Assembly: GCA_002010215.1 (NCBI GenBank)
Contig: MTMY01000027.1
Location: forward strand, 1-49,917
DNA from: Archaeoglobus sp. JdFR-37
Lineage (GTDB): Archaea > Halobacteriota > Archaeoglobi > Archaeoglobales > Archaeoglobaceae
Reading direction: 5' to 3'
Length of the DNA stretch: 49,917 nt
Below the pieces are notes generated by a model. It ran no database searches. It was not told where the DNA came from and saw nothing but the letters and a program-made list of their open reading frames with translations. The translations under genes and the position numbers were made by a program. Every line of letters starts with the position of its first letter. Within the stretch, counting starts at the first letter, position 1. Below are positions 1 to 10,374 of the stretch, piece after piece.

Positions 1-418
1 GCACAACTGTGAGATAAAACTGGGAACACTCTGTTCCTCAAAACAAGGAGGTGAAAATTAAGGACTTGTATAATAATTTTCTCGAATAAAAAGATGAGCG
101 ATGAGATTTAGCAGGAGTTTGAAATTATTACAGCTTAATCTTCCAAATGTTTGAGTTATGGTTAAGTGTAAAACGTTCTGTTTGGTTATGGACAAAATAT
201 AATTCGAATTGGCGGTGCTGAGCGGAGTGAAGTACGGAGTGAAGTAAAGAGGGCCTTGAAAGTAGTCATTTGAGGGGTCAATTATTCCTGTTGCGCCCTA
301 TTAACACATACCCCCATTAATACCCTATTAATGCTATGTTAATGCTATAACAAACTTTTATTCTGAGATAATGTGCCATTCGATAACATTTTTAAGGCAT
401 CTATTCTGCATGAGGTGC

Positions 419-907
419 ATGGGTAGAGCCTGGAAATTTGGAGATGATATCGATACCGACGTTATAATTCAAGGAAAGTATCTTGTCATAAATGACCCCG
501 AGGAACTGGCAAAGCATGTTTTTGAAAACATCCGCCCTGAATTTGCCAAAGAAGTTAAAGAGGGGGATTTTGTTGTTGCAGGCGAGAACTTTGGCTGCGG
601 AAGTAGCAGGGAGCATGCCCCCATAGCTCTGAAGGCAACAGGTATTGAATCAGTGATAGCAAAGAGCTACGCTAGAATATTTTTCAGAAACGCCATAAAC
701 ATAGGACTTAGGGTTCTTGAGTGTAAAGAGGCTGACAGAATTCAGGATGGAGACGAGCTCTTTGTGGACTATGAAAATAACCTCATAATAAACAAAACCA
801 GAGATGAAACCTACACTTTCAATCCACTTCCCGACTTCCTGAGAAAGATAATCGAAAAAGGCGGGCTTGTGGAGTTCAGCAAATCCATCTACAGGGGAGA
901 GATATGA
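419..907 (+). CDS. leuD: 3-isopropylmalate dehydratase small subunit (aconitase swivel domain)
   Basis: [14 protein letters not shown]-terminus, [26 protein letters not shown]; start moved to ATG 419; overlaps leuB by 4 nt. Confidence 0.9.
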   Translation: MGRAWKFGDDIDTDVIIQGKYLVINDPEELAKHVFENIRPEFAKEVKEGDFVVAGENFGCGSSREHAPIALKATGIESVIAKSYARIFFRNAINIGLRVLECKEADRIQDGDELFVDYENNLIINKTRDETYTFNPLPDFLRKIIEKGGLVEFSKSIYRGEI

Positions 908-1881
908 AAAGGATTGTTGTTATTCCCGGAGATGGAATTGGCAGGGAAGTAATGGATGCTGCCATGCTTGTTCTTGAGGAGCTTGATCTGCCCTTTGACT
1001 ATATCTGGATGGATGCTGGAGATGATGCTGAAAAGAGGTACGGAAAAGCTTTACCTGATGAGACACTTGAGGAAGCGAAGAAGAATGATGCGGTCCTCTT
1101 CGGTGCTGCTGGCGAGACTGCTGCCGATGTCATCGTGAAACTGAGATTTGAACTAGAAACTTTTGCAAATATTAGGCCCGCAAAATCATTTCCGGGTGTG
1201 AAATGCCTTTATGATGACGTTGATATGATCATTGTCAGAGAGAACACCGAGTGCCTTTACAAGGGCTTGGAATATGAGGTTGATGGTGTCACAATTGCTA
1301 CCCGTATCATCACCCGCAAGGCATCGGAGAGGATTATCCGCTATTCTTTCGAACTAGCGAGAAAGGAGGGGCGGAAAAGGGTTACCGCATTACACAAGGC
1401 CAATGTCATGCGAAAAACCTGTGGACTATTTAGAGACATTTTCAGAGGAGTGGCATCAGAATATCCTGACATAGAAAGCAACGACTACTATATTGATGCT
1501 GCCTGCATGTACATGGTCACGAACCCCCAGCATTTCGATGTTGTCGTCACAACAAACATGTTTGGAGACATCGTTTCAGACCTTGCTGCAGGGCTTGTTG
1601 GTGGTTTGGGCCTGGCTCCTTCGGCAAACATTGGAGAGAGGCACGCAATATTTGAGCCGGTACATGGAGCAGCCTTTGATATAGCTGGAAAGGGGATTGC
1701 AAATCCTACAGCAATGATACTGACTGCCACTATGATGCTCAGACATTTTGGTTACATTGAGGAAGCTAAGAAGATTGAAAGGGCTGTTGAGGCTGTTCTG
1801 GCCGAAGGAAAAACAACACCAGACCTTGGAGGTAAACTTAAAACCATGGAGATGGCTGAGGAAATCGCCAGAAGGTTGTGA
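904..1881 (+). CDS. leuB: 3-isopropylmalate dehydrogenase (IDH/IPMDH family)
   Basis: IPGDGIG, VRENTE, LHKANV, NMFGDIVSD, FEPVHGAAFDIAGKGIANP motifs. Confidence 0.9.
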   Translation: MKRIVVIPGDGIGREVMDAAMLVLEELDLPFDYIWMDAGDDAEKRYGKALPDETLEEAKKNDAVLFGAAGETAADVIVKLRFELETFANIRPAKSFPGVKCLYDDVDMIIVRENTECLYKGLEYEVDGVTIATRIITRKASERIIRYSFELARKEGRKRVTALHKANVMRKTCGLFRDIFRGVASEYPDIESNDYYIDAACMYMVTNPQHFDVVVTTNMFGDIVSDLAAGLVGGLGLAPSANIGERHAIFEPVHGAAFDIAGKGIANPTAMILTATMMLRHFGYIEEAKKIERAVEAVLAEGKTTPDLGGKLKTMEMAEEIARRL

Positions 1882-2045
1882 ACTTCAAATTAAACAATAC
1901 GGGAGAGCCATCAGAATAACTATAATCGAATAATTAAAGCAGGAACTGAAAAGAGAATCGCATTAAATTAAAATCAATTTTAGAATTGTCATTCAGTAAA
2001 TTTTATCAATAATTAGCGGCCTCTACCTATCGAGGTGAACATAGT

Positions 2046-3653
2046 ATGACTGAAAGGAAAACCATTCTGAAATTGTTTGCCATCGCATTGATTGCAGTCG
2101 CTATTGCCTTCAGTGGCTGCGCACAGCAGGAGAAGCCCAAAGCAACTCCTACCCCAGCCGAAAAAGAAACTCCAAAAGCAACTCCTAAAGAGGTCAAAGC
2201 CATTGTTATTGGTGTAACAGACAAGGTAACCGACTTGGACCCCAGCAATGCTTACGACTTCTTCACCTGGGAAGTTATGAACAATATGATGGGTGGGCTG
2301 ATGAGGTACAAGCCCGGCACAACAGAACTCGAGCCTTACCTTGCAGAATCATATGAAGTGCAAGATGGAGGCAAGGTTTACATCTTCAAGCTCAGGAAAG
2401 ACCTTAAATTCGCTGATGGCACACCTTTAACAGCTCAGGATGTTGTCAGGTCCATTAAGAGGGTTATGGAGATCAACGGCGATCCGGCATGGCTTGTAAC
2501 AGACTTTGTGGAGAATGTCGAGGCCATTGACGATTACACCGTCAAATTCACGCTGAAGAAGCCCATATCCTACTTCCTGGCTCTGACGGCAACACCTCCG
2601 TACTTCCCCGTGCATCCAAACTATAAGCCAAATGAGATCGACAGCGATCAGACTGCTGGCGGTGTAGGCCCATACAAGATTACCAAGTGGGTGAGAGATC
2701 AGGAGCTGATTCTGGAAGCCAACCCGTACTTCTTCGGAGAGAAGCCTAAGACTGAGAAAATCATTGTAAGGTTTTACAGCGACGCCACAACCCTCAGGCT
2801 TGCTGTTGAGAAGGGTGACATCGACATAGCTTGGAGAACGCTGACCCCAGTCGACCTTGCATCTCTCAAGCAGAACCCCAATCTGAATGTTCTTGAGGTT
2901 CCAGGAGCCTACATTAGATATCTCGTCCTTAACACCGTGATGGAACCCACAAATGAGAAACTCGTAAGACAGGCAATAGCGGCGGCAGTTGACAGGAAGG
3001 ATATTTCTGAGAGAGTATTCATGGGAACTGTTGAACCCCTTTACAGCCTGATACCAAAGGGCATGTGGAGCCACAAGCCCGTGTTTGCTGACAAATATGG
3101 TGATGGAAACATCGAGCTGGCAAAGAGCTTGCTGAAGCAGGCTGGATACGATGAGAACAACAAACTGAAGCTTGAACTCTGGTGGACTCCAACCCACTAT
3201 GGTGACACTGAGAAGGACCTTGCTCAAGTTCTCAAGGAGCAATTCGAAGCGACAGGCGTCATTGAGGTAGAGTTGAAGAGTGCCGAGTGGTCAACCTACG
3301 TGGATTATCTGAGAAAAGGTGCCATGATGGTGTCACTACTAGGCTGGTATCCAGATTACATTGATCCAGACGACTATACAACGCCATTCCTGAGGTCTGG
3401 AAGCAACAAATGGACTGGAAGCGGATACTCCAACCCGCAAATGGATGAGGTGCTTGATAAAGCATCAGTTGCAACCGATGAGGCAGAGAGGACGCAGTAC
3501 TACGAGCAGGCTCAAGATATCCTAGCTGAAGATTCACCCATAGTGCCTCTGATACAGGGTAAGCTGTTTGTGGTGGCAAAGAAGGACATTGGCGGCATAA
3601 CGCTTGATCCGACAATGATATTCAGGTACTACCTGCTCTACTGGAAATCTTAA
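2046..3653 (+). CDS. dppA: Peptide/nickel ABC transporter substrate-binding lipoprotein (family 5)
   Basis: Signal peptide with lipobox FSGC, Pro/Thr linker, LAESY...FKLRKDLKFADGTPLTAQDV family-5 signature; GAGGTGA RBS. Confidence 0.92.
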   Translation: MTERKTILKLFAIALIAVAIAFSGCAQQEKPKATPTPAEKETPKATPKEVKAIVIGVTDKVTDLDPSNAYDFFTWEVMNNMMGGLMRYKPGTTELEPYLAESYEVQDGGKVYIFKLRKDLKFADGTPLTAQDVVRSIKRVMEINGDPAWLVTDFVENVEAIDDYTVKFTLKKPISYFLALTATPPYFPVHPNYKPNEIDSDQTAGGVGPYKITKWVRDQELILEANPYFFGEKPKTEKIIVRFYSDATTLRLAVEKGDIDIAWRTLTPVDLASLKQNPNLNVLEVPGAYIRYLVLNTVMEPTNEKLVRQAIAAAVDRKDISERVFMGTVEPLYSLIPKGMWSHKPVFADKYGDGNIELAKSLLKQAGYDENNKLKLELWWTPTHYGDTEKDLAQVLKEQFEATGVIEVELKSAEWSTYVDYLRKGAMMVSLLGWYPDYIDPDDYTTPFLRSGSNKWTGSGYSNPQMDEVLDKASVATDEAERTQYYEQAQDILAEDSPIVPLIQGKLFVVAKKDIGGITLDPTMIFRYYLLYWKS

Positions 3654-3671
3654 ATTTTTTAATATTTTTTC
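3654..3671 (+). terminator. Oligo-T terminator or attenuator after dppA
   Basis: T6 and T7 tracts directly after the stop codon. Confidence 0.5.
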
Positions 3672-3714
3672 ATTTAAGTAAAGTTTTTAAGTCAATCTCT
3701 GTTTGAAAAGTCAA

Positions 3715-4725
3715 ATGTCGTCCCTGAAGGCGTATATAATCACGAGAGCATTGCTTGTTCTGCCAACAGTAATAATACTCCTCACTCTCGTCTTCTTCAT
3801 TCTCAGAATCCTGCCAGGAGACCCCATAGCAGCAATGGTGGGTCAGAAAGTTCCTCCAGAAGTTCTGGAGAAAATGAGGGAAGAGGCAGGGCTTAACAAA
3901 CCCATCCTGGTGCAGTATATCAGCTACCTCTACGACATTTTCAGAGGAGATTTTGGTAGGTCGATGATATGGGGCAAGAGACCGGTTATAAACGAGATTG
4001 CAGACCGCTTCCCTGCAACTCTTGAGCTCACAATATTCGCCTTCACCATCAGCGTTCTTCTTGGCATTCTAACCGGCTCCATTGCTGCCTTCAGGAGAGG
4101 ATCAAAGCTGGACGCTTCCATGAGGGTTTACAGTATCGTGGCATACACTCTCTTCATCCCCTGGTTTGGTATGCTTCTGCAGATGCTTTTTGGAGTGTAT
4201 ATGCACATATTTCCAATAGGGGGGAGAATAGCACCGGGAATGGAGCCTGAGAGGATAACTGGATTGTACGTGCTTGACAGTATTCTTACGTTTAATGGCG
4301 AGGCTTTAAGCAGTGCACTTCTCCATCTATTCCTCCCATCCCTCACCCTTGGAGTGGTACTTTCAGGCGCATACACCAGAATTGTCAGAAACAATCTGAT
4401 TGAGGTGCTACATCAGGACTTTATCACTGCATATAGAGCGAGGGGGATAAGGAGGTCGAGAATAGCATATCACGCCATGAAAAACGCTTTCATACCGGTT
4501 ATCACACTGATGGGTTTGCAGTTTGCCATTCTCCTTGCAGGAGCAGTCCTTACCGAAACAACATTCTCTTGGCCTGGTATGGGAACGTTTCTGCTGGAAA
4601 GAATACAGTACAGAGACTATACATCAGTTCAGGGAGCCATAGTTTTCTACGCCCTGTTTGTTGCCGTCATCAGCTTGATAGTAGACATAATTTATGCACT
4701 GCTTGATCCTAGGATCAGGTATTGA
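3715..4725 (+). CDS. dppB: Peptide ABC transporter permease
   Basis: LPGDP, GDFGRS, EAA-like loop FITAYRARG, ETTFSWPGMG, DPRIR end. Confidence 0.92.
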   Translation: MSSLKAYIITRALLVLPTVIILLTLVFFILRILPGDPIAAMVGQKVPPEVLEKMREEAGLNKPILVQYISYLYDIFRGDFGRSMIWGKRPVINEIADRFPATLELTIFAFTISVLLGILTGSIAAFRRGSKLDASMRVYSIVAYTLFIPWFGMLLQMLFGVYMHIFPIGGRIAPGMEPERITGLYVLDSILTFNGEALSSALLHLFLPSLTLGVVLSGAYTRIVRNNLIEVLHQDFITAYRARGIRRSRIAYHAMKNAFIPVITLMGLQFAILLAGAVLTETTFSWPGMGTFLLERIQYRDYTSVQGAIVFYALFVAVISLIVDIIYALLDPRIRY

Positions 4726-4767
4726 GAGGTGTGGGCTGAGTAAGATGCAAAAGAAAGAGGAGAGAAT

Positions 4768-5637
4768 ATGGAGAATGCAGAAGTAAAAACTCTGGCCAGA
4801 AGGCTGTTCAAACCGCTAATACCGGAGGCAGAAGGAAGATGGATGGTAATTTCAGGATTGGCAATCGTCATCTTTGTACTGCTGCTGGCTTTACTTGCCG
4901 AGTTCATCGCACCATACAATCCCACAAAATCCACAGGGGATGTACTGGCACCGCCATCTCTCAAACATCCCATGGGAACAGATAATCTGGGCAGGGATGT
5001 GCTCTCCAGAGTTATATTCGGTTCAAGGGTCGTTTTAATGGTTGTCTTTACCGCATCACTCCTCTCAATGAGCATAGGAGTGCCCCTTGGCCTCATTTCC
5101 GGCTACTTTGGTGGAAAGCTTGATAGAACCCTTTCGATGCTAATGGACAGCATGTATGCCTTTCCAAGCCTGATTCTTGCTATAGCCATTGCCGCTGTTC
5201 TGGGTCCGAGTATTCTGAATGCAATGGTAGCCATCTCTGTCGTGTATGTACCAACCTATTTCAGGATGATCAGGGGGCAGACGCTCTCCATAAAATCTAG
5301 GCTTTTTGTCGAGGCGGCCAAAGCTATGGGGGCAGGGCATTTCAAGACCCTCTCCCGCTACATCCTACCCAACATAGTAACGACTATAATAGTTGTCTTT
5401 TCTCTCAGTGTGGCCGATGCCATTCTTACTGAGGCAGGTCTGAGCTTTCTTGGCTTCATAGTGACTGCTCCAACACCGGACTGGGGTTACGATCTCAGTG
5501 CAGGGAAGCCATATTTGCCAGCTGGCTACTGGTGGATGATCACATTTCCAGGTATGATGGTCATGATTCTCGCTCTGGGCTTTGCTCTGATAGGTGAGGG
5601 ATTGAGTGAGCTCTATGCTCCGAGGGGAGAGAGATGA
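4768..5637 (+). CDS. dppC: Peptide ABC transporter permease
   Basis: HPMGTDNLGRD, FVEAAKAMGA EAA motif, EAGLSFLG. Confidence 0.92.
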   Translation: MENAEVKTLARRLFKPLIPEAEGRWMVISGLAIVIFVLLLALLAEFIAPYNPTKSTGDVLAPPSLKHPMGTDNLGRDVLSRVIFGSRVVLMVVFTASLLSMSIGVPLGLISGYFGGKLDRTLSMLMDSMYAFPSLILAIAIAAVLGPSILNAMVAISVVYVPTYFRMIRGQTLSIKSRLFVEAAKAMGAGHFKTLSRYILPNIVTTIIVVFSLSVADAILTEAGLSFLGFIVTAPTPDWGYDLSAGKPYLPAGYWWMITFPGMMVMILALGFALIGEGLSELYAPRGER

Positions 5638-6599
5638 GCAAGATGAAAGGAGCAGAAGTGCTGCTGGAAGTTAAAAACCTGAAAACTTACTTCTTTTCAA
5701 GAAGGGGTGTGCTGAGAGCAGTTGATGATGTTTCTATGTCCATAAATAGAGGAGAGTTCATTGGTGTTGTGGGCGAGAGCGGTTGCGGGAAATCTACTTT
5801 AGCATTCTCCATTATTAGACTCATTCTTCCTCCGGGTAAAATCGTGAATGGGCAAGTAATTTTCAATGGAAGAGATATTCTGAAGCTTCCTGAGGAAGAG
5901 ATGAGGAAAATCAGGGGTAAGGACGTGGGAATGATATTTCAGGACCCCATGACCAGCCTTGATCCTCTGGAAAAAATTGGAGATCAGATTGTGGAGACAA
6001 TAATGGAGCATGAAAAGATGGACAAAAAGGAGGCGTGGGAGAAAGCAGCTAAGCTGCTTGAAAGCGTTGGACTCACTGGAGACAGGGTGAATTACTATCC
6101 CCACCAGCTCAGCGGAGGTCAGAGGCAGAGGATTATGATAGCCATGGCGATAAGTCTGAACCCACAACTCCTCATTGCTGATGAGCCGACAACGGCTCTG
6201 GACGTTGTTGTTCAGGAGAAGATAATGGATTTGCTGGACGATTTGAGAAAAGAGGGAAGAGCAATCATGCTTATAACTCATGATTTTTCTCTGGCTGTTG
6301 ACAGAGCCGATAGAATAGCTGTGATGTATGCTGGATGGCTTGTAGAGTTTGGAAATGCAGAAAAGCTGGTTGAGGAGCCGCTGCATCCCTACAGCGATGG
6401 TTTGATTCAGAGTGTTCCTGATATCTGGATTGATAGAGAGATCAAACCTATGCCCGGATTCCCACCGGATCTGACTAACCCACCATCAGGCTGTCGTTTT
6501 CAGCCTAGGTGTCCGAAGGCAATGGGGATTTGTAAAGAAAAAGAGCCACCAACTCTTGAAGTGGATGGACGGACGGTGAAATGCTGGCTGTACAAATGA
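5634..6599 (+). CDS. dppD: Peptide ABC transporter ATP-binding subunit
   Basis: GESGCGKS, LSGGQ, ADEPTTALD, HPY, C-terminal Cys cluster GCRF.PRC. Confidence 0.93.
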   Translation: MSKMKGAEVLLEVKNLKTYFFSRRGVLRAVDDVSMSINRGEFIGVVGESGCGKSTLAFSIIRLILPPGKIVNGQVIFNGRDILKLPEEEMRKIRGKDVGMIFQDPMTSLDPLEKIGDQIVETIMEHEKMDKKEAWEKAAKLLESVGLTGDRVNYYPHQLSGGQRQRIMIAMAISLNPQLLIADEPTTALDVVVQEKIMDLLDDLRKEGRAIMLITHDFSLAVDRADRIAVMYAGWLVEFGNAEKLVEEPLHPYSDGLIQSVPDIWIDREIKPMPGFPPDLTNPPSGCRFQPRCPKAMGICKEKEPPTLEVDGRTVKCWLYK

Positions 6600-6634
6600 G
6601 GCAGATGGGGGTAAAGAGACACGGGGTGTGAGAA

Positions 6635-7624
6635 ATGAAAAGCATACTGAAAGTGGAAAACCTGAAAAAATATTTCCCTGTCCAGAAATCGCTGATTGAG
6701 GTTCTACTCTCCAGAGGTATTGAATACATTCATGCTGTCGATGGTGTCTCATTTGAGATGGAGAAAGGCGAGGTTCTCGCCCTCGTTGGTGAAAGCGGAT
6801 GTGGAAAAACAACCACCGGAAGAATAGTTGTCAGACTTGAGGAACCTACAGATGGTAGGATACTGTTTAAAGGTGAAGACATCTCCAAAGTTCATGGAAA
6901 AAAGCTGAAGGAGATCAGAAGGCACCTGCAGATTGTGTTTCAGGATCCTTATGCATCTCTTAACCCGAAAATGAGAATTGGGGAACATCTTGAGGACCCT
7001 CTCCTCATCCACGAGTTGGCAGACAAGAAGGAAGCCAGAGAAATGGCAATACAGATGCTGAACAGGGTTGGGTTAGTTCCGGCTGAGCAGTTCTACACCC
7101 GCTTTCCATATCAGCTCAGCGGAGGTCAGAGGCAGAGGGTTGCCATTGCCAGAGCCATGATTCTCAAGCCAGAGTTTGTTGTTGCTGATGAGCCAGTTTC
7201 TCAGATTGATGTTTCACTGAGGGCAGCAATTCTTAACCTCCTCATGTCCTTTAAAACCGAATATCAGCTCTCAATGCTTTTCATAACCCATGATCTTTCT
7301 GTTGCAAAGCTTGTGGGCGATAGAATAGCGGTGATGTATCTGGGGAAGATAGTGGAGATTGGAGGTGCAAAAGACATCATTTACAGACCTTCTCATCCCT
7401 ATACTGCTGCTCTGATCTCTGCAGTTCCGTCATTCTTAAAGAAGGAGTTCAGAGTAGAGATAAAGGGGGACATTGCTGACCCAAGAAATCCACCATCGGG
7501 TTGCAGGTATCACCCCCGCTGTCCTTTTGCTGCTGAAGAATGCAGCAGGATTGAGCCGGAGCTTGTGGAGGTTGAAGAAGGGCATTATGTGGCATGTCAT
7601 AGGCCTTTGAAGGTTTCACTCTGA
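6635..7624 (+). CDS. dppF: Peptide ABC transporter ATP-binding subunit
   Basis: GESGCGKT, LSGGQRQR, ADEP, HPYT, GCRYHPRC..VACH. Confidence 0.93.
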   Translation: MKSILKVENLKKYFPVQKSLIEVLLSRGIEYIHAVDGVSFEMEKGEVLALVGESGCGKTTTGRIVVRLEEPTDGRILFKGEDISKVHGKKLKEIRRHLQIVFQDPYASLNPKMRIGEHLEDPLLIHELADKKEAREMAIQMLNRVGLVPAEQFYTRFPYQLSGGQRQRVAIARAMILKPEFVVADEPVSQIDVSLRAAILNLLMSFKTEYQLSMLFITHDLSVAKLVGDRIAVMYLGKIVEIGGAKDIIYRPSHPYTAALISAVPSFLKKEFRVEIKGDIADPRNPPSGCRYHPRCPFAAEECSRIEPELVEVEEGHYVACHRPLKVSL

Positions 7625-7707
7625 TTTTGTGTGGGATTACGAAAATCCACATTTGAGGTATAACCCAGTAAGGGCGATGGGTTTTAAACCCCTAGTTTGA
7701 AATACTG

Positions 7708-10374
7708 ATGATGGCCTCCAAGGTAGCATCAGGAATAATTCAGGGTGTAGTTCAGGGCAGGCCCTACGATGATGATGAAATTCTTTCAACTCTCCACCCT
7801 CTTGTAGCTGAGTGGTTCCTCTCAAACTTCTCTTCCTTCACTCCTCCGCAAAGATATGCCATTGTGGAGGCATATAAGGGCAATAATGTTCTCATCTCAT
7901 CCCCAACAGGAAGTGGAAAAACTCTGGCAGCATTTCTCACGGCAATAAGCATGCTTGTTGAACTTGCTGAAAAAGGGGAGCTTGAAGATAAAGTTTATGT
8001 TGTTTACGTCTCACCTTTGAGAGCTCTCAACAACGACATCAGAAGAAACCTTCAGGAACCACTGGAGGGAATATACAGGATTGCAGAAGAAAAGGGGATA
8101 AAGCTGCAGCCTATAAGGGTGGCAGTGAGGACAGGGGATACTGATGCATCTGAAAGGCAGAAGCAGATGAGAAAGCCGCCCCACATCCTTATCACCACCC
8201 CTGAAACCCTCGCGATAATTCTTTGTTCACCCAAGTTCTCCAAATCCCTTACAGGCGTAAGATATCTGATAGTTGATGAAGTGCACGCTTTGGCTGAGAA
8301 CAAGCGAGGAAGCCATCTTGCGCTCAGCATGGAGAGGCTTGAGAGAATTCAGGAGGGGACTCAGGAAGGCAGGATGGTAAGGATTGGCTTGTCCGCCACC
8401 ATTGCACCTCTCGACGAGGTTGCCAGATTTCTGGTGGGGTTTGAAGATGGCAGAAGTGGGAGAAGTGGTGGAAACGGAAAGGAACGGGGCTGTGTTGTAG
8501 CAGACGTGACCTTCGAAAAGAAAATAGATATCAGAGTTATTTCACCCATCGATGACTTTTTTGCAGCATCAGCAGATGAAATCAGCGAGAAACTCTACTC
8601 TCTGCTGGCAGAAATGGTGAAAAAAGCGAGAACAGCCCTGATTTTCACAAATACAAGAAGTGCCACAGAGCGAGTGGTTTTCCACCTGAAAAAGAAGCTC
8701 GGAGACGATTTCCCCATAAAGGCTCACCACTCATCTCTCTCAAAAGAAGTGAGGCTAGAGGTGGAGGAAGAGCTCAAAAATGGAATGCTCAGATGTGTTG
8801 TTTCATCGACCAGCCTTGAGCTTGGGATAGATATTGGCTACATCGATCTGGTTATCCTTCTTGGTTCACCAAAAAGCATAAACCGGGCTCTGCAGCGCAT
8901 TGGCAGAAGTGGTCACAGGCTCCATGATGTAAGCGTGGGCAGAATTGTAGTGGTTGATCAGGATGACCTTGTTGAATGTACAGTTCTGGCTAAGGAGGCG
9001 CTAGAGAGGAGGCTTGACAGGATAAGCATACCCAAGAAGCCTCTCGATGTTCTCTGCCAGCACATTGTCGGGATGGCTATAGAAAAGAAATGGAGCGTTG
9101 ACGAGGCACTATCTCTGATAAGGAGAGCATATCCCTACAGAGAGCTCACAAAAGAGGAGTTTGTTTCTGTTCTGAGATATCTGAGCGGGAGTTACTCTGA
9201 GCTTGAAAAGAAAAAGGTGTATGGAAAGATATGGTTTGATGAGGAGGAGGGGGTTTTCGGGAGGAGAGGCAAAACCATAAGACCGATCTATTACCTGAAT
9301 GTCGGCACAATTCCCGATGAGGTTGCCATAAGTGTCATAACGAAGGAAGGAAGGCTGGTTGGAAAAGTGGAGGAGGAATTCGCTGAGAGATTGCTGAAGG
9401 GCGACATTTTCGTGCTTGCTGGCAGAACCTTTCGCTTTCTGAAATCAAAGGGGATGAGCATAATTGTTGAAGAGGTGCCGGGAGAGAAGCCCACAGTCCC
9501 AAGCTGGTTTTCAGAGCAGTTACCTCTTAGCTATGATTTAGCTTTGAGGATTCAGAAGTTCAGAAGAACCATCGAGGAGCTGCTTGAAGAGGATGGCAGC
9601 GAAAATAGCTGCGTCGATTATCTAATGGAGAACTACGGAATTGATGAAGGGGCAGCGAGGGCAATCGAGAACTATTTCAAGGAGCAGAAGCTTTTCAGCT
9701 CCATCCCAACTGACAGAAGGCTTGTCGTCGAGAAATTTGAGGCTGAAGGAAGGCATTATTATGTTTTCCACACTCTGGTGGGCAGAAGGGCCAACAGCGC
9801 TCTATCAAGAGTCTTTGCATTCAGAGTTGGAAAAATGAAGGGGTGCAATGTCCAGATAGCTCTCAATGACAACGGATTCATGTTTGTTTTGCCTCGCAAC
9901 CGAACCCTGACCAATGATGAAATAAAGGCCCTTTTCACCACAGAGAACTTCAGGGAAGAGCTGATAGAAAGCCTAGAGAAGACGGAGATGCTGAGGAGGA
10001 GGTTCAGGCATGTAGCAGTGAGATCAATGATGGTTCTCCGCAACTATCTGGGCAGGGAGAAGAGCGTGTGGAGGCAGCAGATGAGTGCTGATACGCTGCT
10101 TCGAGTTATAAAGAGGAATTTTGGAGATGACTTCCCGGTTCTCAAAGAGACATATCGGGAGATAATTGAGGATTCAATGGATATAGGAAATGCCCTTGAT
10201 TTTCTGTTGAAGATTAATAGGGAAGTGGAACTGGATATTGTCAGGATTCCATATCCAAGCCCCTTCGCTCTGAACATCTATGTGCTTGGTGAGGAGGATA
10301 TAGTGCTCATGGAGGATAGAAGGAAAGTGATTAGGGCGATACACGAAAAAATACTGCAGGTTATAGCCACATGA
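7708..10374 (+). CDS. lhr: Lhr-family ATP-dependent SF2 helicase (Lhr-Core type)
   Basis: PTGSGKT, SPLRALNND, DEVH, LSAT, HHSSLS, SLELGIDIG, QRIGRSGH, C-terminal PSPF. Confidence 0.93.
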   Translation: MMASKVASGIIQGVVQGRPYDDDEILSTLHPLVAEWFLSNFSSFTPPQRYAIVEAYKGNNVLISSPTGSGKTLAAFLTAISMLVELAEKGELEDKVYVVYVSPLRALNNDIRRNLQEPLEGIYRIAEEKGIKLQPIRVAVRTGDTDASERQKQMRKPPHILITTPETLAIILCSPKFSKSLTGVRYLIVDEVHALAENKRGSHLALSMERLERIQEGTQEGRMVRIGLSATIAPLDEVARFLVGFEDGRSGRSGGNGKERGCVVADVTFEKKIDIRVISPIDDFFAASADEISEKLYSLLAEMVKKARTALIFTNTRSATERVVFHLKKKLGDDFPIKAHHSSLSKEVRLEVEEELKNGMLRCVVSSTSLELGIDIGYIDLVILLGSPKSINRALQRIGRSGHRLHDVSVGRIVVVDQDDLVECTVLAKEALERRLDRISIPKKPLDVLCQHIVGMAIEKKWSVDEALSLIRRAYPYRELTKEEFVSVLRYLSGSYSELEKKKVYGKIWFDEEEGVFGRRGKTIRPIYYLNVGTIPDEVAISVITKEGRLVGKVEEEFAERLLKGDIFVLAGRTFRFLKSKGMSIIVEEVPGEKPTVPSWFSEQLPLSYDLALRIQKFRRTIEELLEEDGSENSCVDYLMENYGIDEGAARAIENYFKEQKLFSSIPTDRRLVVEKFEAEGRHYYVFHTLVGRRANSALSRVFAFRVGKMKGCNVQIALNDNGFMFVLPRNRTLTNDEIKALFTTENFREELIESLEKTEMLRRRFRHVAVRSMMVLRNYLGREKSVWRQQMSADTLLRVIKRNFGDDFPVLKETYREIIEDSMDIGNALDFLLKINREVELDIVRIPYPSPFALNIYVLGEEDIVLMEDRRKVIRAIHEKILQVIAT

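Noticed and set aside
1..90. Perfect GGAGGTGA at 47-54 and an open frame ending at 61
   Set aside because: No standard start codon follows the RBS-like sequence, and the upstream context is cut off by the window edge.
297..307. CCTATTAACAC is the reverse complement of GTGTTAATAGG at 25008-25018
   Set aside because: An 11-nt AT-rich match is expected by chance in a window this size.
2427..3242. 271-aa antisense ORF inside dppA, and similar shadow ORFs elsewhere
   Set aside because: They fully overlap well-supported genes and carry no motifs; they are codon-bias shadows.
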